From Candidatus Krumholzibacteriia bacterium (GTDB lineage Bacteria > Krumholzibacteriota > Krumholzibacteriia > JAJRXK01), in NCBI GenBank assembly GCA_041484665.1, contig JBGPIA010000001.1:1-64000 (forward strand): a stretch of 64,000 nucleotides of DNA, given 5' to 3'. The notes under the pieces are model-generated. The model ran no database searches. It was not told the DNA's origin and was given only the letters and a program-made list of their open reading frames with translations. Made by a program: the position numbers and the translations under genes. Shown here piece after piece: positions 1 to 11,295 of the stretch (position 1 is the first letter of the stretch; every line of letters starts with the position of its first letter).

Positions 1-241
1 CCGCGGCGAACTCCGTGAAGGTGCGGTAGCCCGGCCTGGCCGGCGCGCTCTCGCGCAGCAGGGCGAGCAGCCCGTCCTCGACCTCCGCGCGCACGCGCTG
101 CAGGCGCGGGACCTGGCGCTTGAGCCAGGCGTAAAGCACGTGGGCCGCCCGGCGCGTGGGATGGAAGCGGTCCAACTTCCAGACGGAGGCGGTGGCCGTG
201 GGCTGACCGGCAGCGCCCAGCGTCGTGACCACACCCGACAT
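1..241 (-). CDS. 5' part of a hypothetical protein running off the window start
   Basis: Open frame from ATG at 241 (MSGVVTTLGAAGQPTATASVWKLDRFHPTRRAAHVLYAWLKRQVPRLQ...) to position 1 with GC3-rich codons; not in the ORF track because it has no stop in the window. Confidence 0.5.
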   Translation of the reverse strand, partial: MSGVVTTLGAAGQPTATASVWKLDRFHPTRRAAHVLYAWLKRQVPRLQRVRAEVEDGLLALLRESAPARPGYRTFTEFAA

Positions 242-345
242 CGCGGCAGCGCCCAGCGGCGCCACCTGCGCTCCGCCGATCGCTCGTGTCCGTCGCGTGG
301 CGCAGGGCTCGAAAGGGACGACCCCCCGATTCGCGCGCGACTGCC

Positions 346-2355
346 CTACGCGAACAGACTGCCATCCAAGAGCAACTGCGCGAGCCGCGCACTGATGTCA
401 TCCATCGCTGCGGCGTCCAGCCCCAGCGCCCGCGCCGGCTCGCTCCGTGACAGGTCCTCGTGCGATGCCTCGGTCGGGCCACGGCCCATGCGCAGGGCGA
501 GCTCCTCGCCCAAGGCGACGATGGCAGCGAAGTCGCGGCTGCTGCCCGCCTGTCCGAGCCGATGGTGTGCCGCGACGGCGCTGATCAATCGGTCGCCCAC
601 GTGCCAGCTCTGCAGGACGATGCCACCCAGGTCGGCATGGTCGTAGCCCAGGAGCTTGCGCTCCAGGACGTGGTACCCCACGCAGTCGGCGCTCGCACGC
701 TGGTGCAGCTCCGACATCACCTTGGGGTGGTTGCGCGCCAGCAATAGGAGGCCAACGTTGTGCATGAGGCCACCGACGAAGGCCTCGTCGGGGTCCATGC
801 GGCCGGTGCGTTCGGCGACCAATTGCGCGGCGAGCGCGCCGATTACCGAATGCTGCCACAGAATGCGCAGCAGATAGCTCGTCTCGCCCTTCATGAACAC
901 GCTGCGCGTGGCGGTGGCGAGGATCCACGAGCGGATCGCCGAGAACCCGAGGCGCACGATCGCCTCGCCAATCGTCGCGCACTCCCGCGTCCCACCATAG
1001 AGCGAGCTGTTGGCGATCTGCAGCAGCTTCGCCGCGAGTGCCTGGTCCTGACCGAGCGCGCCCTGCAGCGAAGCGATGGGCGTTTCGGGGTTGCTGAGCA
1101 TGGACAGCACGCGGCCGGCCACGTGCGGCATCGCCGGCAGTTCGCCGATCTTGCCCAGGATCTCGGCTGCTTGCAGCTGACGGACCTCGCGGCCGTGCTC
1201 GTCGTAGACGTCGCGTTCGAGCCGGAGCCCCTCGAACGATCCAGTGGGTCTGGAGACTGCTCCCGCTGCTCCCGATGCCGCCGCCGCGGATTCGCCGCCC
1301 CCGGACGCACTCGCCGCAGACGGAACCGCAGCCCGGGTCTCCGGGGTGGCGGAGGCGGCCGCGTCCCCAGGTGCTGCTCCTGATGCCTCGTGCCCCTGCA
1401 GCGCAGCCCTCTCGAGGCGGCGCCGGCGTTCGAGCAGCGTGCTCTCCATCAGCGCACGCAGCTTCTCGGCCGGCTGGTGCCGATGGAACTGCGCGGCGCG
1501 CATCTGCCGTAGCGCGAAACGAGCGATGGGATCCAGCAACAGCGCGCCCTCGATTGCAGCAGCATCGGCCTCGAGATAGAGGAAGCGGCCCCAGCGATTG
1601 CGGTGCGGGAAGGGCAGCAGGAGGATCCACGCCGGCGCCCGCTTGCCCAGCAGAAGAGCGAGATCGACGGGGAAGCCCGTGATCGGGCGCGGGCCCGAGT
1701 AGACACCTTTTTCGTTGGCCACGATGGCGAACAGTCCGTCCGGGTCGAACGGGATCGCCGTCTTTCGCAGGCGGTTGAGTCGAGAGCCGTCGAGACTGTC
1801 GAAGCCCTCGAGCTGCTCGGGCGCGAGCGAGCGGCCATTCTCGTTCAACGTCATCGCGCGCAGCCCATGGGCGCGGGCGATCGCCCAGAGCTTCTTGAGG
1901 ATCGCCTCGGGGTCGAGCAACCGGTCGAGCTCGACAAGGTGCGAGTGGATCTCGAGGAGCCGGGCACGCACCGAGCTGGCCGCACCGGACGCGCCGCTGC
2001 CGTCTGCGGGCTCGGCAAGACCAGCGGCGGCCGCGCTCCCCCGGGCGGCGGCAGGCGTAGCGGCGGTCGGGCTGGCCGCGGCCATCGCTGCCGCCGTGGC
2101 GCCTAATCGCGGTGGCGTCGCCGCAAGCGGTGACGTGGCCCCCGCGGCCGGCACCGGGTGAGCCGCAAGCGCCTGGGCCAGGGCCCGCTGGATCGCCCCC
2201 TCGAGCTCGCGAAGGCTCTCCTCGAGCTGTTCCTGGGCCCGCTGGCGGTCGGCGGCCAGGGTCGCCAGCGCCTGGCGGATGGGGGCCAGCAGCTCGGCGC
2301 TGGACCGCGATTGCCCGGTCTGGGGGGAAGGACTTGCCTGCGTCAGAAGGACCAT
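346..2355 (-). CDS. HDOD domain signalling protein with long N-terminal extension
   Basis: C-terminal LPAMPHVA..DQALAAKLLQIANSSLYG..TIGEAIVRLG..WQHS..AFVGGLMHNVG..LGYDHADLG..W is a typical HDOD signature; start at ATG 2355 or 2367 uncertain. Confidence 0.85.
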   Translation of the reverse strand: MVLLTQASPSPQTGQSRSSAELLAPIRQALATLAADRQRAQEQLEESLRELEGAIQRALAQALAAHPVPAAGATSPLAATPPRLGATAAAMAAASPTAATPAAARGSAAAAGLAEPADGSGASGAASSVRARLLEIHSHLVELDRLLDPEAILKKLWAIARAHGLRAMTLNENGRSLAPEQLEGFDSLDGSRLNRLRKTAIPFDPDGLFAIVANEKGVYSGPRPITGFPVDLALLLGKRAPAWILLLPFPHRNRWGRFLYLEADAAAIEGALLLDPIARFALRQMRAAQFHRHQPAEKLRALMESTLLERRRRLERAALQGHEASGAAPGDAAASATPETRAAVPSAASASGGGESAAAASGAAGAVSRPTGSFEGLRLERDVYDEHGREVRQLQAAEILGKIGELPAMPHVAGRVLSMLSNPETPIASLQGALGQDQALAAKLLQIANSSLYGGTRECATIGEAIVRLGFSAIRSWILATATRSVFMKGETSYLLRILWQHSVIGALAAQLVAERTGRMDPDEAFVGGLMHNVGLLLLARNHPKVMSELHQRASADCVGYHVLERKLLGYDHADLGGIVLQSWHVGDRLISAVAAHHRLGQAGSSRDFAAIVALGEELALRMGRGPTEASHEDLSRSEPARALGLDAAAMDDISARLAQLLLDGSLFA

Positions 2356-2483
2356 CCGGCGCCCCATGGATGAAACCGACGCTAGCGCGCGCGGATGGCG
2401 GCACTCCGCGGGGCCGGTCGTCTGGTGCCTGCTGCCGACGCTGCAAGGGCCGCGCCGGGAAGATCGGGCCGGGCAGAGGTGGG

Positions 2484-2551
2484 GGCAAACCGGGTGGGTG
2501 ACCTGGCGGGGCGCAGCGCCAGGGCCACGGCGCCAGGGATCCGGCCGCCGA
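2484..2551 (+). ncRNA. Possible degenerate c-di-GMP-I/GEMM-like riboswitch aptamer
   Basis: GGCAAACC-(stem with GUGA loop)-GGGGCGCAGCGCC...CGGCCGCCGA resembles the GEMM-I layout; stems imperfect and the GCAAAG core reads GCAGCG. Confidence 0.25.
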
Positions 2552-2654
2552 CCGGCACACCCGGATGCTCGGCCAGATGCAGGGTCACAGGCCCGGCGAA
2601 GTTGTCGAGGCGCCAGGAATTGCATCCCCGCTCCATCTTCGCCATCATGGGACC

Positions 2655-3020
2655 ATGCGCGTCCGGCTCACCAAAGAGATCAGCTTCGAGGCAGCGCACC
2701 GTTTGCCCCACGTGCCGCCCGGGCACAAGTGCGCACGGCTGCACGGGCACAGCTTCCGGGTCGACATCGAGGTCGAGGGCGAGACCGACCCGAGGACCGG
2801 CTGGCTAATCGATTACGCCGAGATCCAGGACGCCATCGAGCCGATCCGCCGCCAGCTCGACCACTACTATCTCAACGAGATCGAAGGGCTGGAGAATCCC
2901 ACGAGCGAGGTACTTGCGGCGTGGATCTGGGAGCGGCTGAAACCGAAGCTGCCCCTGCTGGCGAGGGTCGTCGTGCGGGAGACGTGCACCACGAGCTGCG
3001 CGTATGCTGGAGGTCGTTAG
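2655..3020 (+). CDS. queD: 6-carboxy-5,6,7,8-tetrahydropterin synthase
   Basis: [41 protein letters not shown] motifs. Confidence 0.95.
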   Translation: MRVRLTKEISFEAAHRLPHVPPGHKCARLHGHSFRVDIEVEGETDPRTGWLIDYAEIQDAIEPIRRQLDHYYLNEIEGLENPTSEVLAAWIWERLKPKLPLLARVVVRETCTTSCAYAGGR

Positions 3021-3967
3021 AACGGGTCACCCGAGCCAGGGGCGTCGGATCCGTCGCCGGGGTCGCGCCCGGAGCTCTCCGCCCCTCTCGCCGTCCCCAG
3101 ATGCAGTCGCGCCGTCTGCTCCGGTGTCGGCGCGTACCCGCCGGCCAGGAACACCGCCACCGGCACCCCCCGACCCGCGTAGCGCTCGAGCACCAGCCGG
3201 TCCCGACTCCCCAGCCCCTCCTCGGTCAGCGCCAGGCCGCCGAGCTGATCGTCTTTGAAGGGATCCACCCCCGCCACGTAGCACAGCAGCTCCGGCTTTC
3301 GCCCAAACTTCGCGTCGATCGTCTCCAGATCCGCGGCCAGCACCCGCAGGTACTCCTCGTCTGCAACACGGTCGTCGAGCCCGCGATCCAGGTCGCTGCG
3401 CTGCTTGATCGGGTAGTTGTTCTCCTGGTGGATCGAATACGTGAACGTGTCGGGGTCCTGGGCGTAGATGACGGCCGACCCGTTGCCCTGGTGCACGTCG
3501 GTATCCACGAACAGCACCTTGCCCAGCCCTGTGTCGGCGCGCAGGCGCTCCACGGCGATCGCTACGTCGTGCAGGTAGCAGAAGCCTTCGGCATGGTCCG
3601 GAAAGGCGTGATGGAATCCGCCGCCCAGATGGAACCCGATGCCGTGCTGCAGCGCGAGCCGCACGGCGGCGATGCTGCCGCCCACCATGCGCCGGAAGCC
3701 GCCGATCACCTGGGCGTTGACGGGAAGCTCGCTACTGAGCGTCGCCCAGGTCTCCCGCGCTTCCGCCAGGTCGCGCAGGTAGCGCGGCGTGTGGACGCGC
3801 TCGAGGTCCTCACCGGTCACGGACTCGGGCAGATGGAAACGCTCCATCGGTATGCGCAGCTCTGCGCGCAACAGCTGCTCCAGGATCAGGTATTTCTGGA
3901 CGGGGAAGACGTGCGCGCCGATGTCGATCCAGTTGTCCCTGTCGAACACGTAGTGCACCGGGGGCAT
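3017..3967 (-). CDS. Histone deacetylase family (Zn-dependent) protein
   Basis: [31 protein letters not shown] and AGGY motifs; GGAAGGA RBS before ATG 3967. Confidence 0.9.
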   Translation of the reverse strand: MPPVHYVFDRDNWIDIGAHVFPVQKYLILEQLLRAELRIPMERFHLPESVTGEDLERVHTPRYLRDLAEARETWATLSSELPVNAQVIGGFRRMVGGSIAAVRLALQHGIGFHLGGGFHHAFPDHAEGFCYLHDVAIAVERLRADTGLGKVLFVDTDVHQGNGSAVIYAQDPDTFTYSIHQENNYPIKQRSDLDRGLDDRVADEEYLRVLAADLETIDAKFGRKPELLCYVAGVDPFKDDQLGGLALTEEGLGSRDRLVLERYAGRGVPVAVFLAGGYAPTPEQTARLHLGTARGAESSGRDPGDGSDAPGSGDPF

Positions 3968-4084
3968 GGTCCTTCCTTCCCTTGGGACCGAATCGGCTCT
4001 GCGCGTAGCACAGGCCGCCCCCGCGGCCGCCCCTCGAATGCTCCCCGGCACGCTCGCCCGTGCGGCGGCCCGTCCAATGCCGCC

Positions 4085-7000
4085 CTATGCGCTCGCCCGC
4101 GCCGACGTCTCGTCGGGCGCCGCGCGGCCGCGCCGCCCGGCGCGGAGGATCTCCGCCAGATAGCGCCCGGTGTGGCTCTGCGGCACGCGGGCTACGTGCT
4201 CGGGTGGGCCCTCCGCCACGATCCGCCCGCCACCCTCGCCGCCCTCCGGCCCCAGGTCCAGCACCCAGTCCGCCGTCTTGATCACGTCGAGGTTGTGCTC
4301 GATGACGATCACGGTGTTGCCGGCGTCCACCAGTCGGTGCAGCACCTCCAGCAAGCGCTTGATGTCGTGGAAATGCAGGCCGGTCGTGGGCTCGTCGAGC
4401 ATGTAGAGGGTGCGCCCAGTGGCGCGCCGGGCCAGCTCGCGGCTGAGCTTGACGCGTTGCGCCTCGCCGCCGCTCAGGGTGGTCGCCGGCTGTCCAAGTT
4501 TGATGTAGTCCAGCCCGACGTCGTGGAGCGTTTGCAGAATCTGGACGATATCGCGGTGGTTCTCGAAGAACTCGAGGGCCTCCTGCACGTCCATCTCGAG
4601 CACGTCGGCGATGGACTTGCCGCGGTAGCGCACCTCCAGCGTCTGGGCGTTGAAACGCGTACCCTTGCACGCCAGGCAGGTAACCCACACGTCGGCCAGG
4701 AAGTGCATCTCGATGCAGTTCTGGCCGTGCCCCTCGCACTCCTCGCAACGACCGCCCTTCACGTTGAAGCTGAAGCGGCCCGGCTTGTAGCCGCGCGACC
4801 GGGACAGTGGCAGCTGCGCGTAGATGTCGCGGATGACGTCGAACACCTTCACGTACGTGGACGGATTGCTGCGCGGCGTGCGCCCGATGGGGTCCTGATT
4901 GATGTCGATGACCTTGTCGATCTCCGTCAGCCCGGTGATGCGGGTGTGCGGGCCGACGCGGCCGGTGGCCTCGTGCAGCGTGCGCGCCAGCGCTGGATAC
5001 AGAGTCTCGCTCACCAGGCTGCTCTTGCCCGAGCCCGATACGCCCGTCACCGCTACGAACAGACCCAGTGGGAAACGCGCGTCGATGTTGCGCAGGTTGT
5101 TATGGCGCGCGCCTTTCACAATCATGGAGGTCTTGCCCGGCTCGCGCCGGCGCTGCGGGATCTCGATGCGCTCGCGACCGATCAGGTAGGCACCGGTGAG
5201 GCTCGCTGCGGCCGACCCGTGACCGTCACCGTCGGACGCGCCTGCTGCCGCATCGTGTGCCGCGGCGGCGGTCACCGCGACCCGCGACTGCCCGTTTGCC
5301 GCCGCCTCATGCAGGTCTGCGCGCGACGCCTCGCGAGCAAGGGCCGTCCGCGCGCCCTCCTTCAGCTCGTCCACCGTCCCGCTGAATACGATCTGTCCGC
5401 CCTTGATGCCGGCGCCGGGGCCGAAATCGAGCACGTGGTCCGCCGCCTCGATCGTCTCCTGGTCGTGCTCCACAATCACAACGGTGTTACCCATGTCGCG
5501 TAGCTCCTGCAGCATGCGCAATAGTCGGCGATTGTCGCGCTGATGCAGGCCGATGGACGGCTCGTCGAGAATGTACAGCACGCCCACCAGCCGGCTGCCG
5601 ATCTGGCTGGCCAGCCGGATGCGCTGACTCTCGCCGCCGGACAGGCTGGGCGCCGGGCGGTCCAGAGTCAGGTACTCCAGCCCCACGTTCAGCAAGAACC
5701 CGATGCGGTCGCGCACCTCGCGAAGGATGTCCTTCGCCACTTCCTTCTGCTCGCGCGGCAGATCGAGGTTGGCGAAGTGGGCGAAGGCCTGCTCGATGGA
5801 CAGCTTGCCCACCTCGGCGATGTTGCAGCCACCTAACTTGACCGCCAGGCTCTCTGGGCGCAGCTTCTGCCCCTTGCACTGGGGACAGACGCCCTCGTTG
5901 AGGAACTGTTGGTAGTAGCGCCGGCGTCGTTCGCTGTGGGTGGTCTTGATCAGTCGCTCGACCTCGGTGGCGAACCCCACCACGCGCCCCTCGAACTCCC
6001 CCTCGAAGTTGCTGCTCTCGTAGCGGTAACGGATGCGGCGCTCGTCGCCGAACATGAGGATCCTCTGGTGGCGCTTGGGTAACTGCCGCCAGGGCTTGCG
6101 CAGGTTGATCTTGTAGTGCTTGGCGATCTGCAAGAGTCGCTGGCTCCACCAGCTCAGGCTCTCCTTCTCGGCGAGATTGCCGAAGATCGCGATCGCGCCG
6201 TTCATCACCGAGAGGTCGGGATCGACGACCAGGCGATCGGGATCGACCGACAGCAGCGTCCCCAGGCCGCTGCAGCGCGTGCACGCCCCGCGCGGCGAGT
6301 TGAAGGAGAAGTGCTGCGGGATCAGCTCCTCGAAGCTGATGCCGCAGTGGACACAGGCGTAGTTCTCGCCCAGCAGGAAATCCTCGCCGTGCTCGGTCTC
6401 GGCCAGCAGCAGCCCTTCGCTCAGCCGCAGCGCCGTCTCGGCCGAGTCCACCAGCCGCGAGCGTTCCACCTTGCCGATGACCACCCGGTCGACCAGCGCC
6501 TCGACGTCGTGGGTCATAGTCTTGCTCAAGCGCGGGTGCTGGCCCACGGAGAGGTCGATCAACGTTCCGTCGATGCGCACGCGCGCGAAGCCGTCGTCCT
6601 GGAGCTTCTTGAGCACGTCGCGATACTCGCCCTTGCGCCCGCGCACCACAGGCGCGTAGAGCAACAGCTTCGTGCCCGCGGGCAGCGCCAGCATGCGCTC
6701 GGCCATCTGCTGGGGGGTCTGCTTGCCGACGACGCGGCCGCAGCGGTGGCAGTGCTGCACGCCCAGGCGCGCGTAGAGCACGCGCAAGTAGTCGTGGATC
6801 TCGGTCACCGTACCCACGGTGCTGCGCGGGTTGCGGCTGGGCGCCTTCTGATCGATGGAGATCGCCGGGCTCAGCCCGTCGATGTGGTCGACCTGCGGCT
6901 TCTCCAGCTGCCCCAGGAATTGCCGGGCATAGCTCGACAGGGACTCGACGTAGCGGCGCTGCCCTTCGGCGTACAGCGTATCAAAGGCCAGCGACGACTT

Positions 7001-7111
7001 GCCGCTGCCCGAGACACCGGTGAACACCACCAGCTTGTCGCGCGGAATGCGGCAGTCGATGTTCTTGAGGTTGTGCTGGCGCGCACCCTTGACCTGGATG
7101 AAGCCTGGCAT
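4085..7111 (-). CDS. uvrA: Excinuclease ABC subunit A
   Basis: [10 protein letters not shown], two [11 protein letters not shown]alker A motifs, LSGGE signatures, Zn fingers, LDEP Walker B. Confidence 0.98.
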   Translation of the reverse strand: MPGFIQVKGARQHNLKNIDCRIPRDKLVVFTGVSGSGKSSLAFDTLYAEGQRRYVESLSSYARQFLGQLEKPQVDHIDGLSPAISIDQKAPSRNPRSTVGTVTEIHDYLRVLYARLGVQHCHRCGRVVGKQTPQQMAERMLALPAGTKLLLYAPVVRGRKGEYRDVLKKLQDDGFARVRIDGTLIDLSVGQHPRLSKTMTHDVEALVDRVVIGKVERSRLVDSAETALRLSEGLLLAETEHGEDFLLGENYACVHCGISFEELIPQHFSFNSPRGACTRCSGLGTLLSVDPDRLVVDPDLSVMNGAIAIFGNLAEKESLSWWSQRLLQIAKHYKINLRKPWRQLPKRHQRILMFGDERRIRYRYESSNFEGEFEGRVVGFATEVERLIKTTHSERRRRYYQQFLNEGVCPQCKGQKLRPESLAVKLGGCNIAEVGKLSIEQAFAHFANLDLPREQKEVAKDILREVRDRIGFLLNVGLEYLTLDRPAPSLSGGESQRIRLASQIGSRLVGVLYILDEPSIGLHQRDNRRLLRMLQELRDMGNTVVIVEHDQETIEAADHVLDFGPGAGIKGGQIVFSGTVDELKEGARTALAREASRADLHEAAANGQSRVAVTAAAAHDAAAGASDGDGHGSAAASLTGAYLIGRERIEIPQRRREPGKTSMIVKGARHNNLRNIDARFPLGLFVAVTGVSGSGKSSLVSETLYPALARTLHEATGRVGPHTRITGLTEIDKVIDINQDPIGRTPRSNPSTYVKVFDVIRDIYAQLPLSRSRGYKPGRFSFNVKGGRCEECEGHGQNCIEMHFLADVWVTCLACKGTRFNAQTLEVRYRGKSIADVLEMDVQEALEFFENHRDIVQILQTLHDVGLDYIKLGQPATTLSGGEAQRVKLSRELARRATGRTLYMLDEPTTGLHFHDIKRLLEVLHRLVDAGNTVIVIEHNLDVIKTADWVLDLGPEGGEGGGRIVAEGPPEHVARVPQSHTGRYLAEILRAGRRGRAAPDETSARASA

Positions 7112-7136
7112 GGTGGAACCCCGCAGCGTTCGGGCG

Positions 7137-9293
7137 TCAGAGGTCCTGGGGTGACGGTTGGTTCCTGGCTGCGACGGAGTCGGCCGGCGATTGGCTGATC
7201 CCCGCCCGGTTGAACCAGCGGAGCACTCTCAGGTTGTTCGGTTCGATGCGCAGCACCTCGCGCAAATGGTAGACCATCCGGCGATGCATCGCCGGATCGC
7301 TTCCCGCCCCCAGGCGGCAGATCTCCCCCATGTACCGGTGGGCGATTGCGATGTCGTTGTCCAGCTCGAGCGCCCTGCGCAGCTCCCGCTCGGCCTCCGT
7401 GAAGTTCTGAGCGCCGTCGTAGAACGCCACCCCCAGGCCGGCGTGCGCCTGGGCGTTGTTGGGCGCCAACGCCAACGCTCGCCGGAACGTCTCGATGGCC
7501 GTCGAGTGCGCGCCATTGAAGATCTGCGCCCACCCCAACCCCACCAGCGCCTGCACGTCGTTCGGGGAGCGCTGGAGCGCCTTGCGGTAGTACGGGATCG
7601 CCTGCACGCGCTGGTCGCGGTGTACGAGCAGCTCGGCCCACTTCAGAGCGACCTGTGGGTCGTCGGGAGCCAGCGCCTCGGCCTGGCGCAGCTGCTCCTC
7701 CGCCAGTTGGTCCTTGCCGGTCTTGAGGTAGGCATCGGCCAGGCTGCAGCGCACCATCGGCTCGACTTCGCGCCAGGCGCCGCTGAGACGATAGCGCTGC
7801 GCGACGTCGAGTGCGTCGCGGTACCAATCGATTGCCCGCTCTGGCTTCCCCTTGCGCAGGTACGCATTGCCGATGGTGTGGCGGCTATAGGCATCGGCCT
7901 CGATGCGGCTCTCGGTAAATCCAATGCGGTCCAGCTCGCTGCCGACCAGCAGGATCGTGAGGATCCCTACAATGGAGAACGCGGTGCGCCAGCGCCCCAG
8001 CGCGAAGGCCGCGCTGCCCACGCTCATGGGGATGCCGGCAAAGGCGGCCAAGGTCGTCGTGAGCGGCAAGCGGAAGCGCTCGTTGACGAAGAATAGCAGG
8101 ACCACGGCGGCCGAGACGGCCAGGAACCCCCACAGCGGAGCCGCGAGCATCTTGCGGCGGCACAGCGCGATCCCGGTGACGCCGAATGCAAACAGCACCG
8201 CCCACGACGTATAGACGGGCAGCCGCAGCAGCGGGCTCTGGGCGCGCCAGAACTGCAGGTTGAGGTTGTTGCCGCGCTCGCCCGCCCCCAGCAGCAGACG
8301 CAGTTTGCGCAGGTAGAGCCTCAGCGCCGCGCCGGGGTGATCCTTCCAGAAGGCGAGCCCCTGCTCGACGAAGTAGCTGCTCACCTCACTCTGCTGCAGC
8401 GGCCGGCCGCGCGCCCGCTGCGCCATCACCATGGTGTCCTCGTAGCCGCCCAGCCAGGTGGCCCGCGTCCCCGGCACGACCGCCGTCCGCCCGTCGCTGT
8501 ACAGGTTGTTACCAATGTAGAAGTTGACGCCACCCTGGCTGGCGATGAACACCCAGTCACGGCCGACGATCCCATTGCGCACGGTCACGGCCAGACCGGG
8601 CAGGAGCGCCAGCAACACCAGCAACCCCGCACTGCGGCCTCTGCGCCGCGACAGAGCCTCCAGACCCAGGCGCGGCCACACCCAGAGCGGCAGCGCGACC
8701 AGCACCGGCACGAACGCCAGCGCCGTCGGCCGCGCGATGGCAGCGATTCCCAGCACCAGCGCGCCGGCCAGCGCCGGTCCGCGGCGGTCCTGCTGCGCAG
8801 CGCGAACGAGCAGCCACAGCGAGACGGTGCTCAGGAAGACGGCGAGCGTCTCGAACAACAACTCTCCCGTGAAGTAGATGGCCGGCCAGCAGATGGCCAG
8901 CAGCAAGCCACCCCACAGCCCGGCCAGCCCACCGCCGATGCGCCGGCCCAGGTCGGCCACCAGCGCGACCGTCGCCGCCGAGAGCAGCGCCTGCAGGATC
9001 CGCGGCAGCATGTAGCCGGAATCGATCGCGTAGACCCACGACAGCAGCCACGGATAGAGCGGTGCGCGAAAGTAGGGAACACCCTTGTACAGGAAGGGAT
9101 AGAGGCCGCGCGCCCAGCCGTCATGGATCTCGGCGTCCATCACCGGAGCGTCGAACAAGGGCGAGCCCCTGATGCTGTGGACGTACAGCAGGCGCAGGAC
9201 CAGGGCTACCAGCCCGGCGATCAGAGGAGCGACCCAGGGGCGCTCCACCCCGCGCTCGGGTGTCGTCCCCCGTGCCGTGGGTGCCGTAGCCAT
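7137..9293 (-). CDS. Membrane glycosyltransferase (PMT/GT39-like, GT-C fold) fused to C-terminal TPR repeats
   Basis: Many TM helices, early 'MDAEIHD' acidic loop, [26 protein letters not shown]-terminal TPR repeats. Confidence 0.75.
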   Translation of the reverse strand: MATAPTARGTTPERGVERPWVAPLIAGLVALVLRLLYVHSIRGSPLFDAPVMDAEIHDGWARGLYPFLYKGVPYFRAPLYPWLLSWVYAIDSGYMLPRILQALLSAATVALVADLGRRIGGGLAGLWGGLLLAICWPAIYFTGELLFETLAVFLSTVSLWLLVRAAQQDRRGPALAGALVLGIAAIARPTALAFVPVLVALPLWVWPRLGLEALSRRRGRSAGLLVLLALLPGLAVTVRNGIVGRDWVFIASQGGVNFYIGNNLYSDGRTAVVPGTRATWLGGYEDTMVMAQRARGRPLQQSEVSSYFVEQGLAFWKDHPGAALRLYLRKLRLLLGAGERGNNLNLQFWRAQSPLLRLPVYTSWAVLFAFGVTGIALCRRKMLAAPLWGFLAVSAAVVLLFFVNERFRLPLTTTLAAFAGIPMSVGSAAFALGRWRTAFSIVGILTILLVGSELDRIGFTESRIEADAYSRHTIGNAYLRKGKPERAIDWYRDALDVAQRYRLSGAWREVEPMVRCSLADAYLKTGKDQLAEEQLRQAEALAPDDPQVALKWAELLVHRDQRVQAIPYYRKALQRSPNDVQALVGLGWAQIFNGAHSTAIETFRRALALAPNNAQAHAGLGVAFYDGAQNFTEAERELRRALELDNDIAIAHRYMGEICRLGAGSDPAMHRRMVYHLREVLRIEPNNLRVLRWFNRAGISQSPADSVAARNQPSPQDL

Positions 9294-10225
9294 CACGCTG
9301 TCCCCTCCTGCGAGCGCGGCGCCGGCCGACGGCCCGCTGCCGGCGAACGTGCCGGCAGCGCGACCGCGGCGCGGCGCTCGGTGTGGCCCGCGGTGTGACG
9401 CGTCCGCCGCAACGGCTGGCACGAACGGCACACGTGTGTCCCCCGCCCCGCCACGCGCAGTTTCACGATGGCCGTCCCACAGCGAGGGCAGGGCCGACCC
9501 TGCTTGCGGAACACTCGGTGGCGGTGCTGGTAGCGTCCGGAGCGCTGCGTGACGGGTCGGAAATCGCGGATGCTACTGCCGCCGTCGCGGATCGCAGCGG
9601 CGAGCACCCGGCGCATCGCGGTCACGACCCGCTGCACCTCCGCCAACGACAGGCTGCACCCCGGCTGCCGCGGGTGGATCCGTGCCTCGAACAGCAGCTC
9701 GTCCACGTAGATGTTGCCCAGCCCTGCGATCAGCGTCTGGTCCAGTAGCGCACCTTTGACCGGGCCGGTGCGGCGCGCCAGACGCTCGCGCAGCTGCGCA
9801 GCCGTCAGATCGCAGGGCTCGGGTCCCAGGCCGCGCAGGAACGGGATCGCGTCGAGATCCTGCCGGTGGTACAGGCCGATGCGTCCGAACCGCCGCATGT
9901 CGGAGAAGCGCACCTCCCGCCCGTCGTGCAGCGGCAGCCGCGCGTGGGTGTGGGCCTCCAATGGCGCGCTCGCCGGCACCACGCGCAGCCGTCCGGTCAT
10001 GCGCAGGTGGAGGGTGAGGACGAGATCGCCCTCAAGGTCGATCAGGATCAGCTTGCCACGCCGCGCGACGCCCACGACCGAAGCGCCGGCCAGCCGGGGC
10101 AGCAGGCGGCGGGCCCCCTTCTCCAGCACCTGGGGATGGATCGGCCGGGGCTGCGCAAACCGTGCACCGGTGAGGCAGGCGCGCAGCTCGCGGACGACCG
10201 TCTCGACTTCCGGCAGCTCGGGCAT
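9293..10225 (-). CDS. mutM: Formamidopyrimidine-DNA glycosylase
   Basis: MPELPEVE N-terminus, RRGK, HLRMTG, GLGNIYVDE H2TH motif, CPRC..CRSCQ zinc finger. Confidence 0.97.
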   Translation of the reverse strand: MPELPEVETVVRELRACLTGARFAQPRPIHPQVLEKGARRLLPRLAGASVVGVARRGKLILIDLEGDLVLTLHLRMTGRLRVVPASAPLEAHTHARLPLHDGREVRFSDMRRFGRIGLYHRQDLDAIPFLRGLGPEPCDLTAAQLRERLARRTGPVKGALLDQTLIAGLGNIYVDELLFEARIHPRQPGCSLSLAEVQRVVTAMRRVLAAAIRDGGSSIRDFRPVTQRSGRYQHRHRVFRKQGRPCPRCGTAIVKLRVAGRGTHVCRSCQPLRRTRHTAGHTERRAAVALPARSPAAGRRPAPRSQEGTA

Positions 10226-10362
10226 GGCCAGATCCGGTGCGGGGAGTGCTCTTTGCGCTTGTAGGTTTGCGATACGGGATTCTCGGGCATCCCCGTGAAC
10301 CGTGGGGCTCCTGAAGGTCCTGCCCACAGCGGCCCGCCGGAAGCCGCGCGGCTGCGGATGGG

Positions 10363-11295
10363 TCAGACGCCCTCGATACGATCGACCGGGACCCAACCCA
10401 CGAGCCGGCCACCCAGATCGATCTGCACCCAGTCGCCGCGCCGCTCCGACACGAACACTTGGAGGCCTTCGTGAATCTTGAACGCCAGATTGTACTCTTT
10501 CCCGGGCCCGCTGCGTACCTCCACCTCCACAGCCACGACGACGGCCGTGGTGCGCACCACTTCGGCACGGTAGTGCACGGCCGCCATGGCCAGCCCCAGC
10601 GTGGCGATCCCCACCGCGATCCAGCCGGTCGCCCTGCGCAGCGACGGTCGCAGCACCCCCCACTGCGCGGCGATGCCGACGATCGCCAAGAGGAAGAGTC
10701 CGACCAGCAAGAGCGCCGCCCACTCGTTGAGACTCAGATTCCGGTACACCCACCCCACCGGCCGCAAGAAGATGGGCAGCGACAGCGGCGCCAGCGCCTC
10801 GTCGCGGATGAGCGACTGCGCCCGCTGCAAGTTGGCCCGCAACGCGCGATCGCGCGGGTTGCGGCGCAGAGCCCGCAAGTAGCTTGCGATCGACTTGCCC
10901 AGCTGCCCATTCTTGAAGTAGGCGTTCCCGAGGTTGTAGTGAAGGCTCGGGTGGTCGAGCCCCGCCGCGATGGCGCGGCCGAAGCCTTCGGCCGAGCGCG
11001 CGAAGTCGCCGTTCTCGTAGGCCTTGGCCGCGGCGGCGGCCAGCGTTTGGGCTCCCGCGAGGTCGACGTGGGTCTGTGGTGTCCTCGGAGCGATTGCGTC
11101 AGCGCCGAGCGCTGCAGCGGCCAGCGGAGGAGTCCCCGGGCCCGCGGCGGCTTGCGCCGACCCCACCGCCCGCGCGTTGGTCCCCGGGTCCAGCGACGCG
11201 ACCGCGAGCAAGGCACCGACCAACAGCATCGCGGCGACCAGCTGGCCCGATCGCGCCGCCGCCGCGCCTCGCTCACCCGCGCAGCGCTCAGGCAT
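10363..11295 (-). CDS. batE: BatE-like TPR + SH3 protein
   Basis: YNLGNAYFKNGQLGKSIASYLRA TPR, two TM helices, C-terminal VRSGPG..HEG..W..GWV SH3b domain; position in Bat locus. Confidence 0.8.
   Translation of the reverse strand: MPERCAGERGAAAARSGQLVAAMLLVGALLAVASLDPGTNARAVGSAQAAAGPGTPPLAAAALGADAIAPRTPQTHVDLAGAQTLAAAAAKAYENGDFARSAEGFGRAIAAGLDHPSLHYNLGNAYFKNGQLGKSIASYLRALRRNPRDRALRANLQRAQSLIRDEALAPLSLPIFLRPVGWVYRNLSLNEWAALLLVGLFLLAIVGIAAQWGVLRPSLRRATGWIAVGIATLGLAMAAVHYRAEVVRTTAVVVAVEVEVRSGPGKEYNLAFKIHEGLQVFVSERRGDWVQIDLGGRLVGWVPVDRIEGV

Noticed and set aside
2279..5503. 1074-aa + strand ORF and many other long overlapping ORFs (e.g. 6116-7198, 28078-29748, 38567-40492, 44188-46041)
   Set aside because: Antisense or alternate-frame shadows of recognisable genes; stop codons are rare in GC-rich DNA and these translations have no family motifs
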